A stretch of 61,769 nt of DNA, filler included, from Nemertoderma westbladi (taxonomy: Eukaryota > Animalia > Xenacoelomorpha): the NCBI GenBank assembly GCA_032718475.1. It is 3 parts of 3 records of this genome, joined end to end, with 100 filler letters (N's around TTAATTAATTAA, not from the genome) between each part and the next. Parts side by side here need not be neighbours in the genome. Positions count along the whole stretch, not along the records: positions 1 to 30,250 come from JAUCBJ010005057.1; 2 more parts are not named here. The stretch is one strand, 5' to 3'. How positions within the stretch are numbered: the stretch's first letter is position 1; the number at the start of each line of letters is the position of its first letter. Positions 1 through 13,900 of this stretch are shown here, piece by piece. The translations under genes and the position numbers were made by a program. Under the pieces are notes generated by a model, which saw only the letters and a program-made list of their open reading frames with translations, did no database searches and had not been told where the DNA came from.

Positions 1-498
1 ATCACGGTTTGATTCCCGGTATGATGGAACTGTGTGTGTAACAGTTTATTGTGCAATTCATATATATGGGTCAATACCAACCATATTGACCAAGCCACGT
101 ACGGGACAAAAAATATACAAAAATGTAAATCATTCGAGAATCAGATACAATATAATCGGTCCTGCTGTGATACACTCCAACCAGAGTTTGTTATAGAAAA
201 AGATACAACGAATTCTTAAAAAAACAATCGTCACGTACCGGGGACATTCTTCAAATATTATGATTGTGATTACGGGCTCATTTAGGCCATTAATATTACA
301 ATTCGGGTGCCAAACAATAAATATCCCTGCTGAGTATAATTCCTGTGAACAAATAAACGTAGCTTCGTAGTAAATTTGAGATATCAGAAATACATAAAAA
401 AATAAACGTGGCCCGATTTTTTGTCACGTGACACTCGGTAAATGATTAATTTCATGGCATATAAATTGTCAAATATGGGACATTAACCCGATGTGTTA

Positions 499-3400
499 AC
501 ACGTTCGTGGGGCCTTCGCGCAGCACGAGGCCCAGTTATTAGATACAAATTAAAATTGAGCGACTGTATCACAAAATCAGGTTTTGAGAAATTTACCCAC
601 ACCACCAATCAATCAAAGAAAGGGGGACAGTACGTGTTCACCCCCTTTAATCCCCCCCCCCCCCCCAACCTTCCCAACCACCAATACATAACCGGGACAT
701 CTACCACCCACGGAAGGGTAGCACGAACTTATTTCCAATCGCACGTTAAATATGCAAAGCCAGGTGGTTTATAGGAATATAATAAACGCAGTACTCGTTT
801 TCATTATAAGCCTCTTTGCGTTCGTCCTGTTTTGTATTTAAATATATTTCTTAAACGCAGGCTGACGATATTTATAATAATAATAACTAGGGATGCGATC
901 AATATGTGAAGCCAGGTGGTTTATATAATAATTTAGTCAACGCAGTACTCGTCTTCATTATATGCCTCGTTGCGCTCGTCGCTTGTCCTGTTTTGTCATA
1001 AAATATTTTTCCTAAACGCAGACTGACGATCTTTATACAGTTATAACTATGCGAAGTTTCGAAACTGTGCGATACATCTATGTGGAGATGTGTGATATGT
1101 GGAGATGTGTGATACAACGCCAACGCATCTTATGCCGATGTAGTAATATGGGTATTGAAATAATATTAAATCAATGTACACTCTTAAAGCTGCAGCGAGA
1201 AAATGTAGCTAATTTCCTAGGTTACATATAAAATAATAATATTATTTTTAAGAACATTAATTTTACTACTTTGCAAAAATTCAATTAAAAAATAACCAGA
1301 CATATACATTGTGGAATAAACTATTTCAGATAAGCCTACACAACAGCCATGCCATGGATGGTATTTATGTTATTATATCTGTCATTTACCTGAGATAGCA
1401 ATACAACACTTATAGTAGAGTCAATACAGGAAGGATGTTGGAATGCTGCCTGGGCTGGAATAGCAATACTGGTTGCCTATTACAATTTCTCTCTGGTTAG
1501 TCTACAGCCACAACTCCAAGCTAGCTAGCTCCACACCAGCAGAGACTTGACCAATAATCATTCCCAGCACTAGCTACCTTACACACACATCCTTCCATCG
1601 TACCAGCATGTTAGCCAATAAATGAGCAGTATTTAATGAGAATCAATTTTTTATGACGTTTTAATTACTTTAGATCAATTAAAGACACAATTAATAAAGC
1701 AAATCACTTGAACTAATTAAAAACTATAATAGAATGGCGTATGTGGATTACATCTGTATAATTTTTAAGTATAATTATTTAAATCTTATACTGTAAAACA
1801 ATTAATTTCCTTTAACAGGCAGGTTGAAAATGGTGTTTTTACCGTAATCAACTTAATTAACTAATTAACTGCTATTATCTTAGCTTCTCGAAGGCCACAC
1901 GGAAATTCTACTTGGAAAATTTCTAAACTTTTGCCAAACAACATGTGTACCAAGTTTGGATAGATTTCATCAAAGATTGGCTGAGTTATTAACGTTTAAA
2001 ATTGGACGCGACAGAACGACAGAACGACACGTTCGTGGGGCCTTCGCGCAGCACGAGGCCCAGTTATGAGATACAAATTAAAATTGAGCGACTGTATCAC
2101 AAAATCAGGTTTTGAGAAATTTACCCACACCACCAATCAATCAAAGAAAGGGGGACAGTACGTGTTCACCCCTTTTAATCCCCCCCCCCCCCCCCCCCCA
2201 CCCTTCCCAACCACCAATACATAACCGCGACATCTACCACCCACGGAAGGGTAGCACGAACTTATTTCCAATCGCACGTTCAATATGCAAAGCCAGGTGG
2301 TTTATAGGAATATAATAAACGCAGTACTCGTATTCATTATAAGCCTCATTGCGTTCGTCCTGTTTTGTATTTAAATATATTTCTTAAACGCAGGCTAGGA
2401 CGTTCTTTATAATAATAATAACTAGGGATGCGATCAATATGTGAAGCCAGGTGGTTTATATAATAATTTAGTCAACGCAGTACTCGTCTTCATTATATGC
2501 CTCGTTGCGCTCGTCGCTTGTCCTGTTTTGTTATAAAATATTTTTCCTAAACGCAGACTGACGATCTTTGTACAGTTATAACTATGCGAAGTTTCGAAAC
2601 TGTGCGAGTAACTGTTGATACATCTATGTGGATATGTGGAGATGTGTGATACAACGCCAACGCATCTTGTGCCGATGTAGTAATATGGGTATTGAAATAA
2701 TATTAAATTAATGTACACTCTTAAAGCTGCAGCGAAAAAATGTAGCTAATTTCCTAGGTTACATATAAAATAATAATATTATTTTTAAGAACATTAATTT
2801 TACTACTTTGCAAAAATTCAATTAAAAAATAACCAGACATATAAATTGTGGAATAAACTATTTCAGAAGCCTACACAACAGCCATGCCATGGATAGTATT
2901 TATGTTATGATATCTGTCATTCACCTGAGATAGCAATACAACATTTATAGTGAATTTAAAGAATGCTGTCTGGGCTGGAATAGCAATACTGGTTGTCTAT
3001 TACTATTCCTCTCTGGTTAGTCTTAGCAACAACTCCCAGCCAGCAGCAGAGACTTGACCAATAATCATTCCCAGCAACTGGGAATGACACACACATCCCA
3101 TCTATGCACCAGCATGTTGGCCAATAAATGAGCAGTATTTAATGAGAATAAATTTTTTTTGTCGTTTTAATTACTTTAGATCAATTAAAGACACAATTAT
3201 TAAAGCCAATCACTTGAACTAATTAAAAACTATAATAGAATGGCGTATGGGGATTACATCTGTATAATTTTTAATTATAATTATTTAAATCTTATACTGT
3301 AAAACAATTAATTTCCTTTAAAAGGCAGGTTGAAAATGGTGTTTTTACCGTAATAACTTAATTAACTGCTATTATCTTAGCTTCTCGAAGGCCACACTGA

Positions 3401-3590
3401 AATTCTACTTGGAAAATTTCTAAACTTTTGCCAAACAACATGTGTACCAAGTTTGGATAGATTTCATCAAAGATTGGCCGAGTTATTAACGTTTAAAATT
3501 GAACGCGACAGAACGACAGAACGACAGAACGACTGGTTGATTAATGGTACCACTACGCTAAGGCTCACTCACTTCGTGGCTCGCCCCACA
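499..3590. mobile_element. Non-autonomous Helentron/DINE-1-like (HINE) element, internally duplicated as two ~1.53-kb tandem units (499-2026, 2027-~3532)
   Basis: ACACGTTCGTGGGGCCTTCGCGCAGCACG starts both units (499, 2027) and the units align throughout. There is a (GACAGAAC)n microsatellite and a GGCTCGCCCCAC terminus near 3590. The same terminal motifs recur at 10603, 16490, 19470, 25880 and 30115. Confidence 0.6.
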
Positions 3591-5477
3591 CTCCCACTAA
3601 TATTCTTCCATATGAATCAGTTAGATTGGCAATTTTAGGTGGTTAATCAGTGCATACGAATCATTCACGTTAGCGTCTCCAAAACGGTCCAAAAAAGTGT
3701 CCCATACTTAACTGAGGTTTTCTATCAGAAAACGCAAACTCAAAGATTTAGATCACCACATCCATTTATCTAATAGTTTTGCCATGTATGGGTTGTATCA
3801 GCGAGACTGCTACGTAAACATTTATTTGGCCAGGTTGAAAAAACTGCCATGTCCCATAACGTAACAGGATGTCCCATACTAGACATTGTATTGGGGCAGA
3901 AGTTAATCATGGTGGTCTACATATAATTAATGGTTGGGGGCTTACCAGTCACATATAAACCGTAACCTGCTCCTTCCCCTTAATTGACAACAGACCAAAT
4001 TAAGTTATTACCAAATTAACTATTTGGGGAAATGGTTTTGAGATTGGGACAGTAGTTGAGAATGGGATGGAAGTAGGGATGGAACAGGAGTTGGCAGTGG
4101 GGTGGACGATAAACAGGACTTAAATTCTAGTACGGAGGAGTTGTTTGAAGAATTTTATGATTTGTTTTTAATTGGAAAATAAATGTCAAAATTTATAATA
4201 ATCGTTTCCATGTAAATTCCTTTCTATACTTTTAATCAATATGTCCCAAACATGGCATCAAAAAACTGTCTATTTACATTTTCAAATTAATTTTTAAATA
4301 TAAAATAACGGTTTTCAGTTGACCATATGCAACAGTTTTGTGCATCACATATTAACAGGAAAAAAAAACAATTAGCCCCACTTTTCACGGCAAAGTTTCC
4401 CAGAAAGTGAAACTTTGTGTTGTCACTCTATGAAAAATTTATCTTTAGTGACAGAATTTTTTAATTTTTTCTCACCAGAAAACTTTCCACTTCGATCTGG
4501 TATCCCTTGTCGGAAACCTCAATACCTCCATTAAACGACTGTTACTTCAAATTTTCAAGAATAAGGACATAATGTACGAAAAAAATATTTATAAATTTCC
4601 CATACGTGACAAAAAAATGTTCTCAATTTTTGCCTTCCAGAACGATTCTCTCAATAACGGTCAATAAATTTTTGGGGCACTTTCTGGTTTCATATGCAGT
4701 AATTATCGCTCTTTCTAACCATCACTATGGCAAATTCTCAAAGTTAATTTCAAAATTCAACAAATTTCAAAAATCACGAGGAACATTGATCAATATGGTT
4801 GGCATTGACCCATATTCAAAAATATATTACATAGCTGTGCATATGCATAGATATGACATAGATATTACATATATGTGAATTTACATTCAATAGATGTGAA
4901 TTTACTTTCAATAGATGTGAATTTACTTTCAATAGATGTGAATTTACTTTCAATAGATGTGAATTTACATTCAATAGATGTGAATTTACTTTCAATAGAT
5001 GTGAATTTACATTCAATAGATGTGAATTTACTTTCAATAGATGTAAATTGACTTTCAATAGATGTAAATTTACTTTCAATAGATGTAAATTTACTTTCAA
5101 AAGATGTGAATATACATTCAAAAGATGTGAATTTACTTTCAATAGATGTGAATTTACTTTCAATAGATGTGAATTTACTTTCAATAGATGTAAATTTACT
5201 TTCAATAGATGTAAATTTACTTTCAATAGATGTGAATTTACTTTCAAAAGATGTGAATTTACATTCAAAAGATGTGAATTTACTTTCAATAGATGTGAAT
5301 TTACTTTCAATAGATGTGAATTTACTTTCAATAGATGTGAATTTACTTTCAATATATGTAAATTTACTTTCAATAGATGTGAATTTACATTCAAAAGATG
5401 TGAATTTACTTTCAATAGATGTGAATTTACTTTCAATAGATGTGAATTTACTTTCAAAAGATGTGAATTTACTTTCA

Positions 5478-6479
5478 GGGGCCATCCATAAATGACGTCA
5501 CGTTTTTTTAAGACATTTTTTACCCTTACCCCCCCCCCCCCCCCCCTTCGTCACAAATCGTCACAAAATAGCTAGCCCCCCCCCCCCTCCCCAATGTCAC
5601 GTCACACTATATAAAATTAAATGATTACTCTTATATTATTAGAACAATAAATCTGGAATAAATTTGTCAACTATAAACTATAGCTATAAACCAACATTAC
5701 AAATTACAGTAATACGAGTTTTTCAGACATGCTCCCATGGGCACGACGGGTGGTCTGGTCTGTCATGCTTATAATGGCCATTGGTGGGACATCAGCTACT
5801 GGGTGTGGGTTCGCAGGGGATCGGCCTCCGCTTTGCAGGACATTGCTTTCGCCCTGAGGACCAGCCAGTGCATAATCTTGTACTTTGGCAGCCTCATGGA
5901 GTGAATAAGCATGGTGGACAGCCCATGACTTTCTTGAGAAGCACCTTAAAGGACACTGGCCTTGAAGATGCGGATGATCTAGCAAATGTCATGGGTGATA
6001 GATAGGGAGTTGAGGAAGTGCAATTTTGTCGACAAGCCGGCATAGCATTCTTAAAAATGCAGCTGCAATGCAGCATGCCGATCCTAGTAGTAGTCGTAGG
6101 GGATTGATAATCAAAACGGGTTTTGGAACTACCGCTACTATGAAGGGATGTAACATTTTTAGTAAAACTGTCGATGCCAAGTAAAGATGACATTCTTTAC
6201 TTTCACGCTCTCTAAGTTTACCAATTATGGAAGGGCAGTAGAGGTCGTAATGTAAGATTTCAATGGTTATCATTGGAAGAGGTAATAGTTTAATAGTATA
6301 ATAGTATACAAGTATACACATTATGTATTTAACATACAGTAATTTTATCGGAAACTTATAATATTACGATATTGCGGACACCACCCCCCCCCCCCCCCCC
6401 CCCCTACCCCTTGTCACAAATCGTCACGAAATACCACCCCCCCCCCCTGTCCAGCGTGACGTCATTTATGGATGGCCCC
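5478..6479. mobile_element. PIF/Harbinger-type MITE (1.0 kb)
   Basis: Perfect 25-bp TIRs GGGGCCATCCATAAATGACGTCACG (5478-5502, 6455-6479) and a 3-bp TCA TSD (5475-5477, 6480-6482). TNA TSDs are characteristic of PIF/Harbinger. Confidence 0.85.
5822..6093 (+). mobile_element. 5'-truncated RTE-clade LINE 3' fragment inside the MITE
   Basis: Encodes LRFAGHCFRPEDQPVHNLVLWQPHG, near-identical to 22230-22492. Ends in (TAG)n; ~11-bp TSD TCGYAGGGGAT (5811-5821, 6094-6104). Confidence 0.85.
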
Positions 6480-7598
6480 TCAATAGATGTGAAATTACTT
6501 TCAACAGATGTAAATTTACTTTCAATAGATGTAAATTTACTTTCAATAGATGTGAATTTACTTTCAATAGATGTTAATTTACTTTCAATAGATGTGAATT
6601 TACATTCAAAAGATGTGAATTTACTTTCAATAGATGTGAATTTACATTCAAAAGATGTGAATTTACTTTCAATAGATGTGAATTTACTTTCAATAGATGT
6701 GAATTTACTTTCAATAGATGTGAATTTACTTTCAATAGATGTGAATTTACTTTCAATAGATGTGAATTTACTTTCAATAGATGTGAAATTACTTTCAATA
6801 GATGTAAATTTACTTTCAAAAGATGTAAATTTACTTTCAATAGATGTGAATTTACTTTCAAAAGATGTGAATTTACATTCAAAAGATGTAAATTTACATT
6901 CAATAGATGTGAATTTAATTTCAATAGATGTAAATTTACTTTCAATAGATGTGAATTTACTTTTAATAGATGTGAATTTAAATTCAATAGATGGTAATTT
7001 ACATTAATTTACTTCAATAGATGTGAATTTACATTAATTTACTTCAATAGATGTGAATTTACATTAATTTACTTCAATAGATGTGAATTTACTTTCAATA
7101 GATGTCAATAGTCAGTCTTGTGCCTCTTTATCATGTATCATCAGATTCCATTTCAGTTTTTAGAGACAAAGAAATAAAGAGAGTAGTCTTCTTAGGTAAC
7201 AGACCTGACTTCATAATTAAATAACAATAGTTCGAAAATTAGTCATATTTTTGCATTTAATAAACTATAGTTTGTTGTCGTAGTGAATGATCATTTCCAA
7301 TCAACAAAAACTGAACTTAAAATATGAACAGGTGTTAACTCTTCAATAGATCTCAAAAGTATTAACATCTGATGATGTGTGTGTGGTTTCTATTCAATGT
7401 GTCAGATACAGGTAGTGTTTGATATAGACGTCATTAAGTATTTAATTGATGGTAATAAATTCTCAGGTTTAACAATGTTTGTAATTTCTTATTAAATAGT
7501 AAAAACCCTTTAGAGACGTAGTTTTGTGATTTCGCTAGTTCGTATAACATTCATTTTAATAATAGTTTTAATAATAACAATAAAGTGTTCATATATCT

Positions 7599-8699
7599 TC
7601 ATAGACCAGGCATAAAGTAGGCAACATTATCTAGGGTCTGAGTCAGAGTCGTTTTGGGTAACGCTTCCGCCGTCTCAGGAACCAAAGAGGTAAGAGCGAT
7701 AAGGGGCGACACAGCGCAAAGAAATGAGTCTAACAGCACAGAAAGCGAACCGTTAACCCCAACAGTCCCGCTAAACTCCCCCAGTTGGGTCCCTATAGTG
7801 GACAAGGACTCACCGATGAGCGATAGATGGGCCGCGATATCCGTAGGTTGTATCCCCGGTAGTCGGCTGATAACAGCCTGACTACGTCGCTGAGAGCCCA
7901 TGTCGCCTAACTTTTGGGTTTTAAGTTCTTCTTTATGGAGTTGTAAGACTTTCCTTTTCCAGTAAATTAGTTCTGATTCCGGCATGGCGGCCCACAACGA
8001 CGGAAGTCGACGAGTAAACTCCGATAAACCCCCGGGTTTATTGTCCAGCAGGTGTTTGGCCTGCAGGAAGCGGGACCAGACCGTGTAGGCCGGAGATTGT
8101 TGGGGTTTACCTCGTGTTCGGGATTCTGGAAGTCGCAGTTTGCCTATCGGAGCGCCTCTAGAGGTAGCGGTAGTGGTAAAGGGGCCGCGCAACTGTTGTG
8201 AAGGTGGCAAACCTCCTCCGACTGATTGCTTCTGACGTTTTAAAGCGATTTTTTTACTGAGTTCTGCGGATTTTCTTTCTTTCAATTTTTCTAACTTAAT
8301 GAGTTTCAGTTTGCGCTTTTTATCGGCTTCATTCGACCTGATAGGACTCACATCCGACGAGTGGCTCGACGATGAGTCATCGGAATCGCTAGACGACGAG
8401 GAGTCACTGGGCTCGTGATGATTGGTCGGGTGCCCGGGGACAGGTCGCTGGATGGGGCGTCGGGCTAGGTTACCGCTACCGGTACCGCTGCGGTTTAGTG
8501 AGGACAAATGATAGTCGGTTTTAGGAATTTTATGAGCCGGTGCCCCGGTTCTATTGGTTGGGTTTCTGTCCAGGGAATGTTTGCTGCCCAGTATTGTCGC
8601 ACTCGATACATCCCGCGGCCGACAGGGGGCTACCATCTTGAGTTTAAATGAACGACCTTTCGGCTGAGGAACTGCACTATTGGATGGAAGCTGATCCAT
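7599..8699 (-). CDS. HMGXB4: HMG box-containing protein 4 (HMG2L1) orthologue, single-ORF
   Basis: Divergent HMG box (PAYTVW...LWAAMPESELIYWKRK) followed by the characteristic HMGXB4 C-terminus DIAAHLSLIGESLS...GSLSVLLDSFLCA...TLDNVAYFMPGL*. Confidence 0.9.
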   Translation of the reverse strand: MDQLPSNSAVPQPKGRSFKLKMVAPCRPRDVSSATILGSKHSLDRNPTNRTGAPAHKIPKTDYHLSSLNRSGTGSGNLARRPIQRPVPGHPTNHHEPSDSSSSSDSDDSSSSHSSDVSPIRSNEADKKRKLKLIKLEKLKERKSAELSKKIALKRQKQSVGGGLPPSQQLRGPFTTTATSRGAPIGKLRLPESRTRGKPQQSPAYTVWSRFLQAKHLLDNKPGGLSEFTRRLPSLWAAMPESELIYWKRKVLQLHKEELKTQKLGDMGSQRRSQAVISRLPGIQPTDIAAHLSLIGESLSTIGTQLGEFSGTVGVNGSLSVLLDSFLCAVSPLIALTSLVPETAEALPKTTLTQTLDNVAYFMPGL

Positions 8700-8900
8700 C
8701 TCGAAATATCAGAAAATGTCTCTCGCTTGTTCTCTGCTTACATTACAACTTCTGCGGTATGCAGTAGGCCTAAGCCTACGCGTATGTCTGTATGTATGTA
8801 CCGGTAGGCCCTACGGCCCTATATAATATAGGCTTACAGCTGTACAGCTACAGGCTTACTACTTAGACCTATTATACCTGTATACTGTCAGACTGTGGTA
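8700..8900. promoter_or_regulatory. Putative HMGXB4 promoter rich in short palindromes
   Basis: TAGGCCTA, TACGCGTA, TACCGGTA and TACAGCTGTA are clustered just upstream of the ATG; a similar cluster precedes the ORF at 54891. Confidence 0.35.
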
Positions 8901-10971
8901 TCGTCTTGTCAATGGTGCAAAGTTGGCCACAAAGATGGTGGAGCCTTGGCAAACTGACACTGTTTATGGGGGTGGATTAATAATGGTAAATAGTTGTCGT
9001 CGTCGTCGTCGTTGGCGTTACAATTTTGATTTACTAATAACTTTTTGTCAGATTTAAAGCTGTCGAGCATCTATAAGACCAAAAGTTGAGATTTTTGATG
9101 AGACTTTCAGACACTATCAGTTCCACAGTCTCCCACTAGAGCCTAGAGGACTACCTACATGTCTAAATATTAAATGTCCTATTCCCATGTCTTTGCTTTT
9201 AATCCGTTCAAACTGAAACATGGCAGATTTGTACTAGACGTTAGACGAAGCTATGGTGCTGTGCTGTATCATTCAAAGGAGGCTAATCCATCTACTGTAC
9301 AGTTCTCTAGAAGCAGGGGTGGTTTCATGGGGGGGGGGGGGGGGGTGTGGGGGGGGGGGGACCATACTTGAGTCGGTGCACGCAGTTTAATGACCGTTAA
9401 AGGGGGGAAAACTGGTAGTCAAGTAGGAATACTTTTAATTTAACTATAGTAATTACTTATTATTTTATTATACTGGTACTACTGACTACTTACTTACTGT
9501 ATTCAAAACTGTCAATTTGTTAATAACTAAATGAAAAGACGAAAACCCACGGGCAGCAGTGCGATATCTCATCGCTGTAAAATTTCACGATGGAAAGACT
9601 GTTAGGTATGAAAGACTACAGAGTCATTGTTACTGATAGCGTAGCGTCACTTTCACTAACTTCGTATTAAATATTAATATTTAGTTGTAACAATTTAATA
9701 AAAATTTACAATTCTATTAAAATTACCAGCTGCATAAAAGTATAATATTTTATTCTTAAATTGTTACATTTTGCGCTCGAATATACCCCGAATGAAAGTT
9801 TCACTTTTTTTCCCTAGAGAAAAACGTAATGATTGCTTTGATTTTACTTGTTTCCCGGCGAAAAAAGTAAATTAAAATATTGTTGATGGAATTTCTTAAA
9901 TTTTATTACATGTGGTAAAAGAACATCGACATAGAAAAGCTTTGCAAGTAATTTGAGCAAAATCCATTAACGCACTCAAAAGTTATTGCAAATTTAGTAG
10001 GGCCTATCTGCAAGGCGTACACCAAAACATAACTCAGTATGATTGCGGGGCGAGACACAAATGGCGAGCCATCAGCGAACTGATATAATTATACTATGGC
10101 CGTTTTTCAAAAGTCTGTGTGTGTGTGTGTGTGTGTGTGTCGGAAGCCATAAATGTCGGAAGCCATAATCTAAATTAATATCTTCAGCTAAATTGTATGG
10201 TTGAGTCATTTTGAACGATCTCTCCATGGAAATTAATTATTTAGCACCATACGATTAAAGTTATTTTGCACAGAAATTAGATATCTGGAATCCATGTACC
10301 CCATTCCATTATAGTTTTTTATGTTTTCAAGTGATTTGCGTTAATAAAGGTATTTTTCATTGATTTAAACATAATTAACATTGTAAATTCATACGCTGAT
10401 TCCATTCTCCCCCATAGAGCCTAAGGCATGGCAAGGGCAGCCGTGCCCAATAATATTTCTTGAAGCAAGCTAAAGTCATTGACCAAGCCAGTAGTGCCTA
10501 GGCTAGCACACAAGGACATAACTGTAGTAGTCTTGTAGAAGGAATAGTGCTCCTTCAATACATCTCAACAGACATCAATTAATTTGCCTGTGCCTACCAT
10601 AACACGTTGTGGGGTCTTCGAGCAGCACGTGTTCAAATGTTCAATGACTGAACAGCAACTAATTAACAAATTTATGAGAGATTCATTGACCAGCTACCGA
10701 CAGACCAATATTGTGACATATATTTTAGTTTAATGTTTGATTCAATTAGAGGCACAAATTAAAAAGGCTACACATATATAGGGGTGAATAATTAAATTAG
10801 TCACCCATTAGGCCTAAAAAGGAAGCCAAGTATAAGGTGCAATCTATATAAATTTTTAAATTCAGTAGTGTGCGTGTGTTGTGTATTGATTCCGTAGATT
10901 TCATGTTGAAATAGCGTTCATTAATTTAATTTCTATTTAATTATTCAGGCATACTAATACACACATTAAAT

Positions 10972-13900
10972 ACATATACTTAATAGTCTTATAAAATAAT
11001 CATCATAATAATCATAAATCTAAATATATACGAGAAGTTTGAGAATTGTTGAAGATTGAGTTAGATTCCTAGAGGAATTCCGGCACCATCGTCAACCCCA
11101 ATGCTGCGCCATTTGGTGCGAGACGATCTGAAGCAGGCGCACGTAGCCCTTAGGACGCCAAATGACAGACGTGCCCTCACCCAACCCATGACACAGCTGT
11201 AGGGCTTCATCCATTTCGTTGACAGCCTGTCAGCCAGTCTCTTCAGTGTCATGGAGTACTCTGGGCCGAGAACACCATCCACCGACACCACGAGCGGGGT
11301 AAAATCTGCTTGGCGAAGGGTGCAGGCGTCATGATATTTTGACTTTTTCTGAGTCTCTGCGTCAATTAGTATGGATGATATGGAGCGAGCCACATACGAG
11401 GGGGCGTCAGGGTCAACGACCCGGACATCAAATAACGCCCTTCTCTGTGGCTGCCAGTAACCTCTCACTGAAAGATCAGCCCGCAGACCCACCACACCAT
11501 TCTCCTCATTTGCCTCCCGGATCACTGGCTCCCTCATGATGCAAGACTCTGGGAATGCCAAACCGAACAGGTCCCCCTGGGTGTCCCTAACCTCGTTATG
11601 GCGTAGAGTCACCAAGCCCCCCTTTTTGCAGTCGAGTGCATGTGTTAATTAATGAAAACGCATCGCCGCATCCGTCACACCTTGCGGGCGCACCCACTAG
11701 AGGACGTCCATACCGGAGGGACAAACCATCTCTGAATTCGTTGGCAGACAAATCAAAGTGGTTGCGTGCAACTGGGGCAACCGTAAGCCAGCCTGATGTG
11801 CGTTCCGAAGCAGCCCGTTGGATTGTTCTGATCCTTTCTGGCGTAAAACTGTGAATCAAATTATCATGTACTTCTTCTGATTTTGCATGCTTCCATAGCC
11901 GGAGGTTGTGTTGGGCTGTCTTCTGACAACTCTGGTGGTCTGTGAATGAGAATTCAATTTCTCCCTTGATTGCTGCAACTGCCAATGCAGTACCCTCCCG
12001 TGAGGTTTTGTAGGACTGTGCTGCTGTCTCACCCGGATTACGAACTGACAGTCCACCAAAACGAGTTGGCTGTGCGAATAAGTCTCGCTCTGAAGGCGTT
12101 ACCGGACCCCCGAGGATAGCTGGAACAAAAGTGTCTGCTACCATTTTCTCGATCGTTGCATATGGTGTTGGAGCTTCTCTAGTATCAATCGGAACGACTC
12201 GCTGAAGATAGTCCCACTCACATTGGAGGCTCCTGGTGAATGCAGCATACGCTGCCTGTGGATGGTTGACAGCAACCCCTGAGAGTTGAGCTACTGCCTG
12301 TTCCCATCTGGCTACCTTCAACGAGATGAAATCCGCCTGAAGAGTAGCATCCCCAACGAATCCCCCAAGAGTGCGGGTACCCTTCACGATTCCACGTCCA
12401 TTCACCTGTATCCCAAGGTCACGAAACAACTCTCGTGCCATAGAAATATCGCTATCCTCAACTACCAAAAGACACTTATCTGGCTCAGGGTAATAACCAT
12501 ATGAGGGGCCCAGTTTAGTGAGGAGAATGAACCAGTCCCGCAAGGCTGTCAATGCGGCAGCATTCTGCGCATCGTCGGCATACCATATGTGTCCATATGT
12601 CAGGGTTCTTCAGCTTTATAATTAGTGATTATTTATAATTATTATCTTTATAATTATAATTAGTGCTTCATCAATTATCATCTTATAATTAGTGGGAACA
12701 CAGAAGAAGCATAACCCAACATCGCGAGCGGGTCCCCCTGAGTGAAGCCTTCCCTGCTGAGAAGGATTACCAGTCCCTGTTTACCACGGACAATCAGATA
12801 AGCGTAACCCCGGTGTGTTGAATAGGAAGCGTGAGCATCGAGGCCAGAGAACACGAATATTCCAGAGGGCTGTCACTCTGTTTACCGCATTAAAAGCATT
12901 ACTCGCATCAACAAGTAAAACACCCCAGCCATCTCCCTGGTGACCCTCCCATAGGTCGCGGACAGCGTGAACAGCAGCTTCAATTCCTGCAGAAAGGCCG
13001 CTGCACAACTGGTCTGTTCCACACAATTGCTGTACATCAATCCGCGTCGTCTCAGCCATGCATTTACCAAGAACTCTCCGTAATGCCTCGCCAACTCCAA
13101 TTGGGCGTACACCCGGACACTTATCCAGGGCAATTAATCTGCATGCCATGAGTGCCCGAATTGATGACCATTCAACCACTTGATTAGCCAACCTGCGTAC
13201 TAAGCCTGCTACAGCCTCTCGCAGGCGGGAACTGGCTGTTGCTCGGTAGAGAAGCATGTCCTGCCAGTGCAGAGCATCTGCTCCACCAGGACCCGCACCC
13301 CCATGAAGACTTTGGGCCACTGCCTCAACGTGGTTGGCTGTGATGTCAACGTTCTCTAACACCGGGAGCTCCTTGTTCAGATTGTGTAAACTGTCCATTG
13401 ATGGAGGTGTTGGACAGGGATGTTTAGCCTGGAGAATATCCAGGACCTGTTTCTTTTCCCCCTTCACGTCAATCTCTGCCTGAACGTCCAATACCCCACC
13501 CTGGTCACGCTCTGTGAGCCATCGGACAGCATCCCGTTCGCGCCCTTGAAGAATAAGGCGTGTAAATACCCGTTCCCTGTGGTTCTGCTCGTCTGCTTTG
13601 CTTACAACACGTTGACGTGTGAACCCTCTCTGGCACCGATCCATCTCAACTAGCAGCTCACTGTAACTTTCCTGTTGCCACAGTTCAATACGGCGTTTCA
13701 GCAAACGGCGGATGTCCGCCCCTTTAACTACCTGCTTGTCTCGTTGTAGCATGACAATCTCAAATACCATGAGACGTTCAGAATTGACTCTCCCGTTTGA
13801 AAGAGCCTCCACTTCAGCACACAGGGTGGTAGAGTAAAGTCTGCCGACTGCACCACCGGGGACTGTGTAAAGGGAAGCTTGATTGGTCGTGGCTCGGCGC

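Larger units (their letters stand above)
4874..7105. repeat. 21-bp minisatellite (TCAATAGATGTGAATTTACTT)n split in two by a MITE
   Basis: Direct tandem array at 4874-5477 and 6480-7105; a longer variant unit appears near 7000-7080. Confidence 0.97.

Noticed and set aside
4816-7007. Long repetitive ORFs (KVNSHLL, ESKFTSI, DVNLLSI)
   Set aside because: Translations of the 21-bp minisatellite, open on both strands; no evidence of a gene.
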